A DNA stretch of 64,000 nt from assembly GCA_950097015.1 (NCBI GenBank), contig CATNEN010000007.1, forward strand, positions 1,178,001 to 1,242,000, in the 5' to 3' direction. Below, piece after piece: positions 54,140-64,000 of this stretch; within the stretch, counting starts at the first letter, position 1, and each line of letters opens with the position of its first letter. A program made the position numbers and the translations under genes. The stretch comes from Macrostomum hystrix (Eukaryota; Animalia; Platyhelminthes). The notes under the pieces are model-generated. The model saw nothing but the letters and a program-made list of their open reading frames with translations. It made no database searches and had not been told where the DNA came from.

Positions 54140-55455
54140 GGAAGTAGGTAGATAAGGTAGCGAGGTTGAAGGTAGATAAGGTAGGGAGGGGAAAGGTAGA
54201 TAAGGTCGGGAGGTGGAAGGTAGATAAGGTCGGGAGGTGGAAGGTAGATAAGGTCGGGAGGTGGAAGGTAGATAAGGTCGGGAGGTGAAAAGTAGATAAG
54301 GTAGGGAGGTGAGAGGTAGATAAGGTAGGTGGTGAGAGGTAGATAAGGTAGGGAGGTGAAAAGTAGATAAGGTAGGGAGGTGAGAGGGGGTGAGAGGTAG
54401 ATAAGGTAGGGAGGTGAGAGGTAGATAAGGTAGGGAGGTGAAAAGTAGATAAGGTAGGGAGGTGAGAGGGAGTGAGAGGTAGATAAGGTAGGGAGGTGAA
54501 AAGTAGATAAGGTAGGGAGGTGAGAGGTAGATAAGGTAGGGAGGTGAAAAGTAGATAAGGTAGGGAGGTGAGAGGTAGATAAGGTAGGTGGTGAGAGGTA
54601 GATAAGGTAGGGAAGTGAAAAGTGAAAGTGAAAAGTAGATAAGGTAGGGAGGTGAGAGGTAGATAAGGTAGGAGGTGAGAGGTAGGTAAGGTAGGGGAGG
54701 TGAAAAGTAGATAAGGTAGACGCGAAACATAGATAAGATAGCGAGGAGGGATTTAAAAAAGGTAGGGTGTGAAAGGTAGATAATGTAGAGAGGTTAAAGG
54801 TAGATAAGGTAGGAGGTGAGAGGTAGATAATGTAGGAGGTGAAAGGTAGATAAGGTAGAGAGGTTAAAGGTAGATAAGGTAGCTGGTGAGAGGTAGATAA
54901 GGTAGGGAGGTGAAAAGTAAATAAGGTAGGGAGGTGAGAGGTAGATAAGGTAGGTGGTGAGAGGTAGATAAGGTAGGGAGGTGAAAGGTAGATAAGGTAG
55001 AGAGGTTAAAGGTAGATAAGGTAGGTGGTGAGAGGTAGATAAGTTAGGGAGGTGAAAAGTAGATAAGGTAGGAGGTGAGAGGTAGGTAAGGTAGGGGAGG
55101 TGAAAAGTAGATAAGGTAGTGGCGAAGCATAGATAAGATAGCGAGGTGGGATTTAAAAAAGGTAGGGGGTGAGAGGTAGATAATGTAGGAGGTGAAAGGT
55201 AGATAAGGTAGGAGGTGAAAAGTAGATAAGGTAGGAGGTGAAAAGTAGATAAGGTAGGGGCGAAGCATAGATAACATAGCGAGGTGGGATTTAAATAAGG
55301 CAAGGGTGAGAGGTAGATAAGGTAGGCAGGTGAGAGGTAGGTAAGGTAGGGAGGTGAAAAGTAGATAAGGTAGGGGCGAAGCATAGATAACATAGCGAGG
55401 TGGGATTTAAATAAGGCAAGGGTGAGAGGTAGATAAGGTAGGCAGGTGAGAGGTG
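54140..55455. repeat. Variable ~22-24-bp purine-rich minisatellite AGGTAGATAAGGTAGGGAGGTGAG with larger duplicated blocks
   Basis: Direct reading. Confidence 0.93.
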
Positions 55456-55859
55456 GGTCATCCTCTAGGCTGTTTAAATTGAACTCATATTTTCTGTGCT
55501 CTTGCTAAAGAATAGCAATCTAGAAAAAGCAAAAAGTGGAATATTTTCTTTAGGTTTCTAAGAAAAAAGCATTCTTAGTGTAGCATAGCAGCTGCTACAA
55601 AAAATTCTGATTGGGTTGAAGTTTTACCAACACCGTGAGCAGTGTTGTCGCAGGTGCACAACACACAGCGTGTCTTCCGCCCTGAAGGTGCCGTGTCAAC
55701 ATTGTGCACTCTCTTTGATTTTAATTCCCAACTGGCTTTATTAAGTCAGTTCTTGGTGCTGTTTGTAATTTCCGAAGAAACTGCTCGTTCTTCGTCAATT
55801 CCCAACATTTGGTGACGTTTGGGACAGGGTTCCAACTCTTAATTCAATCGCATCGATTC

Positions 55860-56207
55860 TACATGCGATTCCTGCTGCGATTCTAGCTGCGATTCTAGCT
55901 GCGATTCCAGCTGTAATTATAGCTGCGATTCCAGCTGCGATTCCAGCTGCGATTCTAGCAGCGATTGTAGCTGCGATTCTAGCTGCGATTCTAACTGCGA
56001 TTCTAGCTGCGATTCCAGCTGTAATTATAGCTTCGATTCCAGCTGCGATTCCAGCTTTAATTATAGCTGCGATTCCAGCTGCGATTCCAGCTGCGATTCT
56101 AGCAGCGATTGTAGCTGCGATTCTAGCTGCGATTCTAGCTGCAATTCCAGCAATAATTCTAGCTGCGATTCTAGCTGCGATTCTAACTGCGATTCCTGCT
56201 GCGATTC
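55860..56207. repeat. 12-bp minisatellite GATTCTAGCTGC
   Basis: About 28 units. Confidence 0.95.
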
Positions 56208-56694
56208 TTTTTATGGGTCGTGTTGCGATTCCGAGTCTGATCCTTGTCATTCAGCGATATGTGCTTTTTATTATGCAGAATTTGAATTTGTCCTGGCTCC
56301 TGCTCATATTATTGTCAAGTTAAATTTTACCTATGTGGCTCAATAAATACTTGTCCACCTAACTTTATGATTACAAGCGGACCAGGCTTCAGTAATCTTC
56401 ATTCTAGTCTGATGAATTGCAGCTGATTTCAAATATGTTTATTGCTTAAATTTTGCAGCTTAACTGCCATTCTCTTGTTCAATGGAACTTTTGCACGACA
56501 ACGTGAGATCCCTAAAGTTATGAATGGCATTCAGCAGTACTGCCAACAGTTTCACTAAAATGCGCAACATTGCCACTGTAGATAGCGATGCATTTCTGCA
56601 CTGTGCTACAGAGCACTGACTTTCATCTCCATCTCCATATCACTTAATAGCATTCAATAATAGCGTGTAGTTAGTGTGTAGCAAGACTGCGAGG

Positions 56695-56770
56695 TAATCC
56701 TCATCCTTTCCTCATCCTTTCCTCATCCTTTCCTCATCCTTTCCTCATCCTTTCCTCATCCATCTCCTCA
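56695..56770. repeat. 11-bp repeat TCCTCATCCTT
   Basis: About 6 units. Confidence 0.9.
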
Positions 56771-57794
56771 TCCCTCTCGCTCTCTTCATTTCTCCCCAAT
56801 GTCCACTGCAGCTTCACTCACAAATGTGCTATCAGTCAAATAGTTCAGGAATTCTTCCCTAGGGACAGATCAGAATCGAACAGATGCGACATCGAATGCT
56901 GACTGTGTCAAAGAAATAAATATTCTTGCACCGTCTAGCAAAGGTAAAACTACAAAGGAAATGAAGAATGGCGCACTTCACTCATTCCTATCATCTTTCT
57001 ATGCAATGCAGTGGCAATGAATAATCAGCACCCAGTGTTAGCCTAGCACACCCCCTGGCTAGTAATCATCAATCATAGGGCCTTGGCTGGGCCTGAAAGA
57101 GAACAGCATCTGCATCTGCTTCCATCTGCTTGCAGCAGCAAGATTCTGTTGCTGCTAATAACTGCTTCATCGGTGTAAGGGTTGGCGGCTAACCATGCAC
57201 GGAACAATGTTTTCCAGTCAACAACAACTCTAGAACAACTTCTAGAGGATTCTTCGAGGGGAAAGAAATTAGGTCAAGCTTCATTCAGAATACGAGGTAA
57301 AAGTGCTTCCAGGAAAAAATGCAGAAAATTTGTTAAAGTGCATCTAGTTGATTATTTGCAAAATTTGCGGAAACACGATAAACAATGCAACTGCTGTTTC
57401 TGCTGCAATATAAAATTAGGGCGAAGGGAGTCCTCAATCGTAGGACCTACTTAGGATGATGCGTGTCTAATCTCACCGATTTGAGACTGCTCAAAGATGA
57501 GATTAGTGGGGGGTGCTTAGATTTTGTTAGTCAGCGAGTGAAAAGTGTACTCACAAATTAGTAAAACTTTATAGTCCCCGCGGAACACTCAGCAATAGTC
57601 ACACCTCAATCTCTGAGTTCGCGTTGCATACCCGTTTGAGCAAACTCAAGGGCTAGAACAGGATAGTAAGGCCTTAGACATCTTTGAATAGTCATCTTTA
57701 ACTACTCACATTCAATCTTTACTCACTATAATCCTTTTTGAGTGAAATGTAATGCATTTTGAGTAGACCCTAATCCACGTTAAGTGGACATTAA

Positions 57795-58228
57795 ACTTTG
57801 AGTAGACCCTAATCTATTTGAGCAGAACCTAATATTTCTTTGAGAAGACTCTAATATTCTTTGAGTAGACCCTAATATTCTTTGAGTAGACCCTAATCTT
57901 CTTTGAGTAGACCCTAATCTTCTTTGAGTAGACCCTAATCTTCTTTGAGTAGACCCTAATATTCTTTGAGTAGACCCTAATATTCTTTGAGTAGACCCTA
58001 ATCTTCTTTGAGTAGACCCTAATCTTCTTTGAGTAGACCCTAATCTTCTTTGAGTAGACCCTAATATTCTTTGAGTAGACCCTAATCTTCTTTGAGTAGA
58101 CCCTAATCTTCTTTGAGTAGACCCTAATATTCTTTGAGTAGACCCTAATCTTCTTTGAGTAGACCCTAATATTCTTTGAGTAGACCCTAATCTTCTTTGA
58201 GTAGACCCTAATCTTCTTTGAGTAGACT
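57795..58228. repeat. 21-bp minisatellite TTCTTTGAGTAGACCCTAAT(A/C)
   Basis: About 20 units. Confidence 0.95.
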
Positions 58229-58539
58229 GTTATCTTCCTTGAGTAACCGGGGGTATTTAAGATGAGCAAAACATAAGGACTAAGAAACACAACCGATAAA
58301 AGTAATATGCAATTAAACAGCAAAATTAATTAAAAATAAAAAATATGAAATTTCCTTTTCATAGATTTCTTTTTTATTTAGATTTTGAGATGGAAAAATC
58401 AATAAATAAACGCAATTATCAGCAGCAATAGCGATTAAGGAATACAGCATCTGGGCTAACAAAAGAATATCGATTGTACCTTTCACGCTTTCCTGTTTCA
58501 AAAGATCTCGAATATGAAGATTTTGGGATTCGAAGATCA

Positions 58540-58930
58540 GGAATTCGTAGATTCGGTAATTTGGAGATTCGGGAATTCGTAGATTCGGTAATTTGGAGAT
58601 TCGGGAATTCGGAGATTTGGAGATTCGGGAATTCGTAGATTCGGTAATTTGGAGATTCGGTAATTTGGAGATTCGGGAATTCGGAGATTTGGAGATTCGG
58701 GAATTCGTAGATTCGGTAATTTGGAGATTCGTTAATTCGGAGATTCGGAGATTCGGAGATTCGGAGATTCGGGAATTCGTAGATTCGGTAATTTGGAGAT
58801 TCGGGAATTCGTAGATTCGGGAATTCGAAGATTCGGGAATTCAGAGATTCGGGAATTCGCAGATTCGGGAATTCGTAGATTCGGGAATTCGTAGATTCGG
58901 GAATTCGTAGATTCGGTAATTCGGAGATTT
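58540..58930. repeat. 8/16-bp minisatellite GATTCGGGAATTCGTA
   Basis: Direct reading. Confidence 0.92.
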
Positions 58931-59379
58931 GAGGATTCGGAGATTCGGGAGTTCCGACAAAAATTTATCATGCAATACAAGCAGAGCGCATGCCTTTGCA
59001 GAAAGAAAGTAATGAAACAATTTGACTGGCCTGATAAAGTGCATGGAAGCAAGGAAAGCCGGCTCTAAAACACACCAAACTGTACTCAAACTGCGTAAGC
59101 TACACAGTAGCCAATCATTCTCACATTTCTCAACTGACTCAAGTGAGTAATAATTAGGTTCTAGACACAAAATGTTCACCAATTTATACTCGCAATATAG
59201 AAATTCGACCTGTTTAATATATTTTAATCAGTTGCTATCCGGAATTTTGCACTATTTATCTCGTATAATCGATCGTTTCTGAGTGCTAAAATCAATTCTT
59301 CGTTCAAATTAAAAGTGCAAATCGATTTAAAAGATATAAACTAAATATCAATAGCATCGATGGAAACATGGCTATACAA

Positions 59380-60539
59380 CAGGAATCGGCAAACTCCGGC
59401 CCTCGAAGCTCAAAATTCGGCCCGTTATCCCTTCCAACACCTGTGGTATCCTGTCTCATCTTTCCCCTGTCTCATCTCTCCCATTTCTCATATCTCCCCT
59501 GCCTCATCTTATCTGTCTCGTCTCTCCATTTTCTTATCTAATCTGTCTCTTCTATCCCCTGTCTAATCTCTCCCCAGTCTCATCTGTCCCCTGTCTCATC
59601 TCTCCCCAGTCTCATCTCTCCCCAGTCTCATCTCTCCCCAGTCTCATCTCTCCCCAGTCTCATCTGTCCCCTGTCTCATCTCTCCCCAGTCTCATCTGTC
59701 CCCTGTCTCATCTCTCCCCAGTCTCATCTCTCCCCAGTCTCATCTCTCCCCAGTCTCATCTCTCCCCAGTCTCATCTCTCCCCAGTCTCATCTCTCCCAG
59801 TCTCATCTCTCCCCAGTCTCATCTGTCCCCTGTCTCATCTCTCCCCAGTCTCATCTCTCCCCAGTCTCATCTGTCCCCTGTCTCATCTCTCCCCAGTCTC
59901 ATCTCTCCCCAGTCTCATCTCTCCCAGTCTCATCTCTCCCCAGTCTCATCTCTCCCCAGTCTCATCTCTCCCATTTCTCATATCTCCCCTGCCTCATCTT
60001 ATCTGTCTCGTCTCTCCATTTTCTTATCTAATCTGTCTCTTCTATCCCCTGTCTAATCTCTCCCCAGTCTCATCTGTCCCCTGTCTCATCTCTCCCCAGT
60101 CTCATCTCTCCCCTGTCTCATCTCTCCCCAGTCTCATCTCTCCCCAGTCTCATCTCTCCCCAGTCTCATCTCTCCCAGTCTCATCTCTCCCCAGTCTCAT
60201 CTGTCCCCTGTCTCATCTCTCCCCAGTCTCATCTCTCCCCAGTCTCATCTCTCCCCAGTCTCATCTCTCCCCAGTCTCATCTCTCCCCAGTCTCATCTCT
60301 CCCAGTCTCATCTCTCCCCAGTCTCATCTCTCCCCAGTCTCATCTCTCCCCAGTCTCATCTCTCCCCAGTCTCATCTCTCCCCAGTCTCATCTCTCCCCA
60401 GTCTCATCTCTCCCCAGTCTCATCTCTCCCCAGTCTCATCTCTCCCCTGTCTCCTATTCCTACCTACAGACAGTGCGGCCCGCTGTCGTCTTTAAGGTTC
60501 TCTCCATGGCCCGCATGCCAATAGGTTTGCCGACCCCAG
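59380..60539 (+). mobile_element. Non-autonomous hAT (Buster/Charlie-like) MITE filled with a 16-bp minisatellite
   Basis: Left end CAGGAATCGGCAAAC and right end GTTTGCCGACCCCAG (12/15 inverted match). Flanks are CTATACAA / CTATACAG (8-bp TSD, 7/8, central TA). GGCCC(G) subterminal motifs at both ends. Confidence 0.75.
59460..60452. repeat. 16-bp minisatellite GTCTCATCTCTCCCCA inside the hAT MITE, with a 490-bp internal duplication
   Basis: A diverged block CCATTTCTCATATCTCCCCTGCC... recurs at 59481 and 59971. Confidence 0.95.
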
Positions 60540-60629
60540 CTATACAGCAGGCCTAAATAAAGCAATCGAATTGAAAGAATAAAAAGCTTCACTCGAGTCG
60601 CGACTGCCGCATTGGATCGATAATGAGTG

Positions 60630-61091
60630 TCACAGCATGGCTACCGCTTCTCTGCCATCCCCTCTGCCAGACTTCACCCTCTCGCTGCACTGTTCGCGAC
60701 CTTCGCCTCCGCGGCCCGCCCGGCAGGACCTGCAGAGCAGTCGATGCGGCTTCAGCCTAGCAACCAGAAGCCACAGCAGCTCGGCGACCTCGGCGACGCA
60801 CATCACCGTCACGCCGCTGAATAGAGCCAGGAGGCCGCCAATCTGACTGACGAAGGCGGACAGGCCCAGGATGAAGTTCTCGGATTGAATCTTGGCCTGC
60901 TTCGGGCTGAACTGCAGGATGATGGTCATGAAGTTGTCCTCCAGGTAGCTGCTAGTTCGCAGCAGCTCGACAGCTTCGTCTCGGCGTCCGGCTTCGCGGA
61001 GGCGCAGAGTTTCGTTGTACACGGACAGGCGATCATTCAGGTGGGTGTACAGGCTGGTGTTCAGCACGTACCGCTCGAAGATGTCCAAAAC
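60630..61091 (-). CDS. DEG/ENaC exon D (knuckle, TM2, C-tail)
   Basis: Acceptor cgcgcccag|GTT after an 80-nt intron. Contains TM2 and the stop at 60630. Confidence 0.9.
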   Translation of the reverse strand, partial: VLDIFERYVLNTSLYTHLNDRLSVYNETLRLREAGRRDEAVELLRTSSYLEDNFMTIILQFSPKQAKIQSENFILGLSAFVSQIGGLLALFSGVTVMCVAEVAELLWLLVARLKPHRLLCRSCRAGRGGEGREQCSERVKSGRGDGREAVAML

Positions 61092-63340
61092 CTGGGCGCG
61101 AGTAGTTGGTTTACCGTGTACAAACTGGCTGTGTACTATTCCGAGCTTCTGAATTTAGACCAAGCTCTCACCGAGTTCCTGTCGATGCCCTTCGCCTGGC
61201 TGCGGGCCACGCTGAACTGCACCTGGTGGCACGGGTTCGGGCAGTCCTTGGCCAGTTGATGCTCCTGGAAGCGCTGCCAGTTGGCTGGGGGCACAGGCAG
61301 ACGACCGTCCACCTTTGGGGAGGGGGCAGGTGAGACAATTAAGCCAGCTGTCAATTTGCAGATAGGTCATGTCTCGTTGGTGAAGTCTCCATGGGTCATT
61401 GTGAAGATTGATTCTAGGTCATTGTGGAGATTGATTCTAGGTCATTGTGAAGATTGATTCTAGGTCATTGTGGAGATTGATTCTAGGTCATTGTGAAGAT
61501 TGATTCTAGGTCATTGTGGAGATTGATTCTAGGACATTGTGGAGATTGATTCTAGGTCATTGTGGAGATTGATTCTAGGTCATTGTGGAGATTGATTCTA
61601 GGTCATTGTGGAGATTGATTCTAGGTCATTGTGGAGATTGATTCTAGGTCATTGTGGAGATTGATTCTAGGTCATTGTGGAGATTGATTCTAGGTCATTG
61701 TGGAGATTGATTCTAGGTCATTGTGGAGATTGATTCTAGGTCATTGTGGTGGTGTCTGTTGGTCTTTGTGGGGATTGTCTCGTGGTCATTGCGGGGAGTG
61801 ATTCTGGGTCATTGTGTGTCTGGGCAGTGGTTCTGGGTCATTGTGTGTCAGCACGGACCTGCAGCACGCAGTCCACGCGGTCCAGATGGTGCAGTCCCAT
61901 GTCATAACCTGCGGCCACACCGGTTGTATCGGCCAGCGGCTGCTGCCTATGGCACAGTGGCATCTCGGCCTCCAGGCCCATCATTTCATCGTCCTCGATG
62001 GCATGCGGCATGGCGTGCACGGAGCAGTTGCACAGGGCCTGGTACTGGTCATGCCGGTGCAGCAGGTCGCAAAGCTCTCTCGAGTACTTGGTGGATAGTC
62101 GCCGGCCGGAGTACTGGAACTGCAGATCCTCGGGCGTGGCCTCGGAGCATTGCCGACGCTGCATGCTGCGGGTTGACTTCACCAGGATGAAGTTCTGCGT
62201 GCCGGGCAGAATGCGGAGGCCGTCGAAGATGTTGATTGGATAGGAGTCTCGCTCGTGTAGGTACAAGACGGCGCCGGTGTTGAGAGTCTGCGGATCGTCC
62301 GGGATGCACTTGTTGCACTCCAAGCTGCCCGGGTCCGAGTCCAGTACCAGGTGAAAGGTGACCCGCTCGGCGGTTTCCGCCACCGTCACGGTGGAGCAGG
62401 AGAAAAAGCCTGGCACCTGCCGATGTGAGTTGGCCGAGTTTCCTGCTAATGAACTGCTGTTTGTGATGAGAGAAAATAGCTGGTAGAAATGATAATAATA
62501 ATAGCAGGAAAGCTTCGGGCAATGGCCCATCATCTGGTGACATTTGACCCGCAGCCAGCGAGAAGGCAATTCCACCCATTCCGCTGACTCCTGTCATCGA
62601 TGCAGGATGCACGATGCGTTAGACCGCTCTGAACTGTGGCTCTTGCTCTTGGCTGTGACGGTTTTCCCTGTCCACGGACTGAACAGCTGTACACAACTGA
62701 CCTATCCTATTCTAATTGCTGTCTGCAACAATGTTTAAAGAAACAGTTTGCTTCACGAAACCTGCAGCTTCTCAACCCGCTCGCACGGCTTGCTGATGAG
62801 TACTCCATTGTGGTGCATCTGGACGCTGCAGCTCTCGGCCAGCACCAGCGGGTCCTCGCGCAAGGCGGCCTGGAAGTCGGCCAGCCGCAGGTGATCATGG
62901 TAGGCCATGGGCGACAGCAGCTGGGCCAGTGCTGCGTCTGGCACTCGCGACGTGGTGGCAGCGGCGAGGTCCAGCACGTGCCGGCTGTAGGCTCGGGGGG
63001 TCAGGTTGAAGCGCCGCATGCCCGAGTAGGTCATGGGGCTGGCGTCGCACACTGTGATGTTTGGGAACGGCGGCCGCGGAGTCCACGGCTCGAAGGAGAG
63101 GATGACATCGCCGCGGATGTAGACGAAGGTCAGAGTGACCACGTTGTAGAACAGCAGGCCGAAGAAGGCCAGCACGGCAAGGGTCCAGAGGGTGCGAAGG
63201 CCGACGGACTTGGCGGACAGGATCCGGGGCAGACCGCGAACCGAGGTCCGCTTCAGGCAGTCCAGGCAGAGGGCTCGAACCCCCGGCTGCTGCTCGGGCG
63301 GAGGTTTGCAGACAACCACCGTCTGCTGCTCCTGCTGCAT
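60630..63340 (-). CDS. DEG/ENaC (ASIC/FaNaC-superfamily) amiloride-sensitive-type channel subunit, 4 coding exons, 579 aa
   Basis: Exons 63340-62762, 62416-61859, 61312-61172 and 61091-60630, all with phase-0 GT-AG junctions. Features: pre-TM1 TSVRG, TM1 (LWTLAVLAFFGLLFYNVV), FPNITVC, Cys-rich thumb (ELC...CNCS...C, DCPNPC) and TM2 (FVSQIGGLLALFSGVTVMCVAEVAELLWLL). Confidence 0.9.
61172..61312 (-). CDS. DEG/ENaC exon C
   Basis: Acceptor cccctcccaaag|GTG, ...KDCPNPCHQVQFSVARSQAK. Donor TCG|gtgaga; 141 nt. Confidence 0.8.
61395..61750. repeat. 23-bp minisatellite GGTCATTGTGGAGATTGATTCTA (DEG/ENaC intron 2)
   Basis: About 15 units, decaying toward 61850. Confidence 0.95.
61859..62416 (-). CDS. 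DEG/ENaC exon B (palm/beta-ball/thumb)
   Basis: Acceptor cggcag|GTG, VPGFFSCSTV...GAVLYLHERDSYP...YSRELC...CNCS. Donor CAG|gtccgt; 558 nt. Confidence 0.88.
62762..63340 (-). CDS. DEG/ENaC exon A (N-terminus, TM1, FPxxTxC)
   Basis: Track ORF 62753..63340 up to donor CTGCAG|gtttcg. Confidence 0.9.
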
Positions 63341-63350
63341 GCTGGGCTAG

Positions 63351-63539
63351 CTGTCAGTTGAAACAGCTGAAGCAAAGAGTTCTGCTTCAGCACTTTGGCT
63401 GATTTAGCATAGACGATCGCTATCAAACTATCCGCACTTTGAGCAACAGGAGGGTTGCGATTGGTTGGTTGAATTAGCCAATCAGATTGCTATTCGCTAA
63501 AATGAATTGGCCATAGCCATGCAGGTGGCTTTTACTCAC
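63351..63539 (-). other. Putative 5'-UTR intron of the DEG/ENaC gene
   Basis: Donor-like cct|gtgagt at 63539 and acceptor tttcaactgacag| at 63351, 10 nt before the ATG. CCAAT motifs at 63460, 63478 and 63574. The acceptor could instead be a trans-splice site. Confidence 0.3.
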
Positions 63540-63589
63540 AGGAAACAAAATATACTATAATTGAGTCTATTAGCCAATGCGTACAGCTG

Positions 63590-64000
63590 CTCTCCTGTTA
63601 GACAGCCAGACCCCCAACCTGTTAGATACGAACAGCTCACCTGTTAGACAGCCAGACCCCCAACCTGTTAGATACGAACTGCTCACCTGTTAGACAGCCA
63701 GTACTCCAACCTGTTAGATACGAACTGCTCACCTGTTAGACAGCCAGACCCCCAACCTGTTAGATACGAACTGCTCACCTGTTAGACAGCCAGAACTCCA
63801 ACCTGTTAGATACGAACTGCTCACATGTTAGACAGCCAGTACTCCAACCTGTTAGATATGAACTGCTCACCTGTTAGACAGCCAGTACTCCAACCTGTTA
63901 GATACGAACTGCTCACCTGTTAGACAGCCAGTACTCCAACCTGTTAGATACGAACTGCTCACCTGTTAGACAGCCAGACCCCCAACCTGTTAGATACGAA
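63590..64000. repeat. 46-bp dimeric minisatellite (24+22-nt subunits, each starting CCTGTTAGA); runs off the window
   Basis: About 9 units. Confidence 0.95.

Overview
Eukaryotic (metazoan) genomic DNA with GC-rich exons and introns packed with tandem repeats. This style resembles a flatworm such as Macrostomum, but that is inference only. I assembled two complete minus-strand genes by hand from splice sites and reading phases. (1) A 12-coding-exon, 1098-aa Echinoid-like cell-adhesion receptor, CDS 43860->1886: signal peptide, 7 Ig, FN3 plus a degenerate FN3, TM helix, polyQ-bearing tail and C-terminal ...RKIVYEVVV PDZ-binding motif. (2) A 4-coding-exon, 579-aa DEG/ENaC (ASIC/FaNaC-superfamily) channel, CDS 63340->60630, with atypical pore motifs (HG->RG, D->Q, GxS->GVT). 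The 3' end of a probable plus-strand gene lies at 1..153, tail-to-tail with the echinoid-like gene. About 40 micro/minisatellite arrays cover roughly 29 kb (~45% of the window), and all 11 echinoid introns contain at least one. Nearly all long ORFs in the supplied track are translations of these repeats and are rejected. The most notable signals are: period-matched, reverse-complementary minisatellite pairs bracketing specific exons (17/17, 12/12, 15/15 and 20/20 nt); a hAT MITE with TIRs and an 8-bp TSD whose internal seed has expanded into a ~1-kb minisatellite, while a sister copy keeps it unexpanded; and a 45-bp bipartite hairpin motif present twice with a variable 10-nt core.
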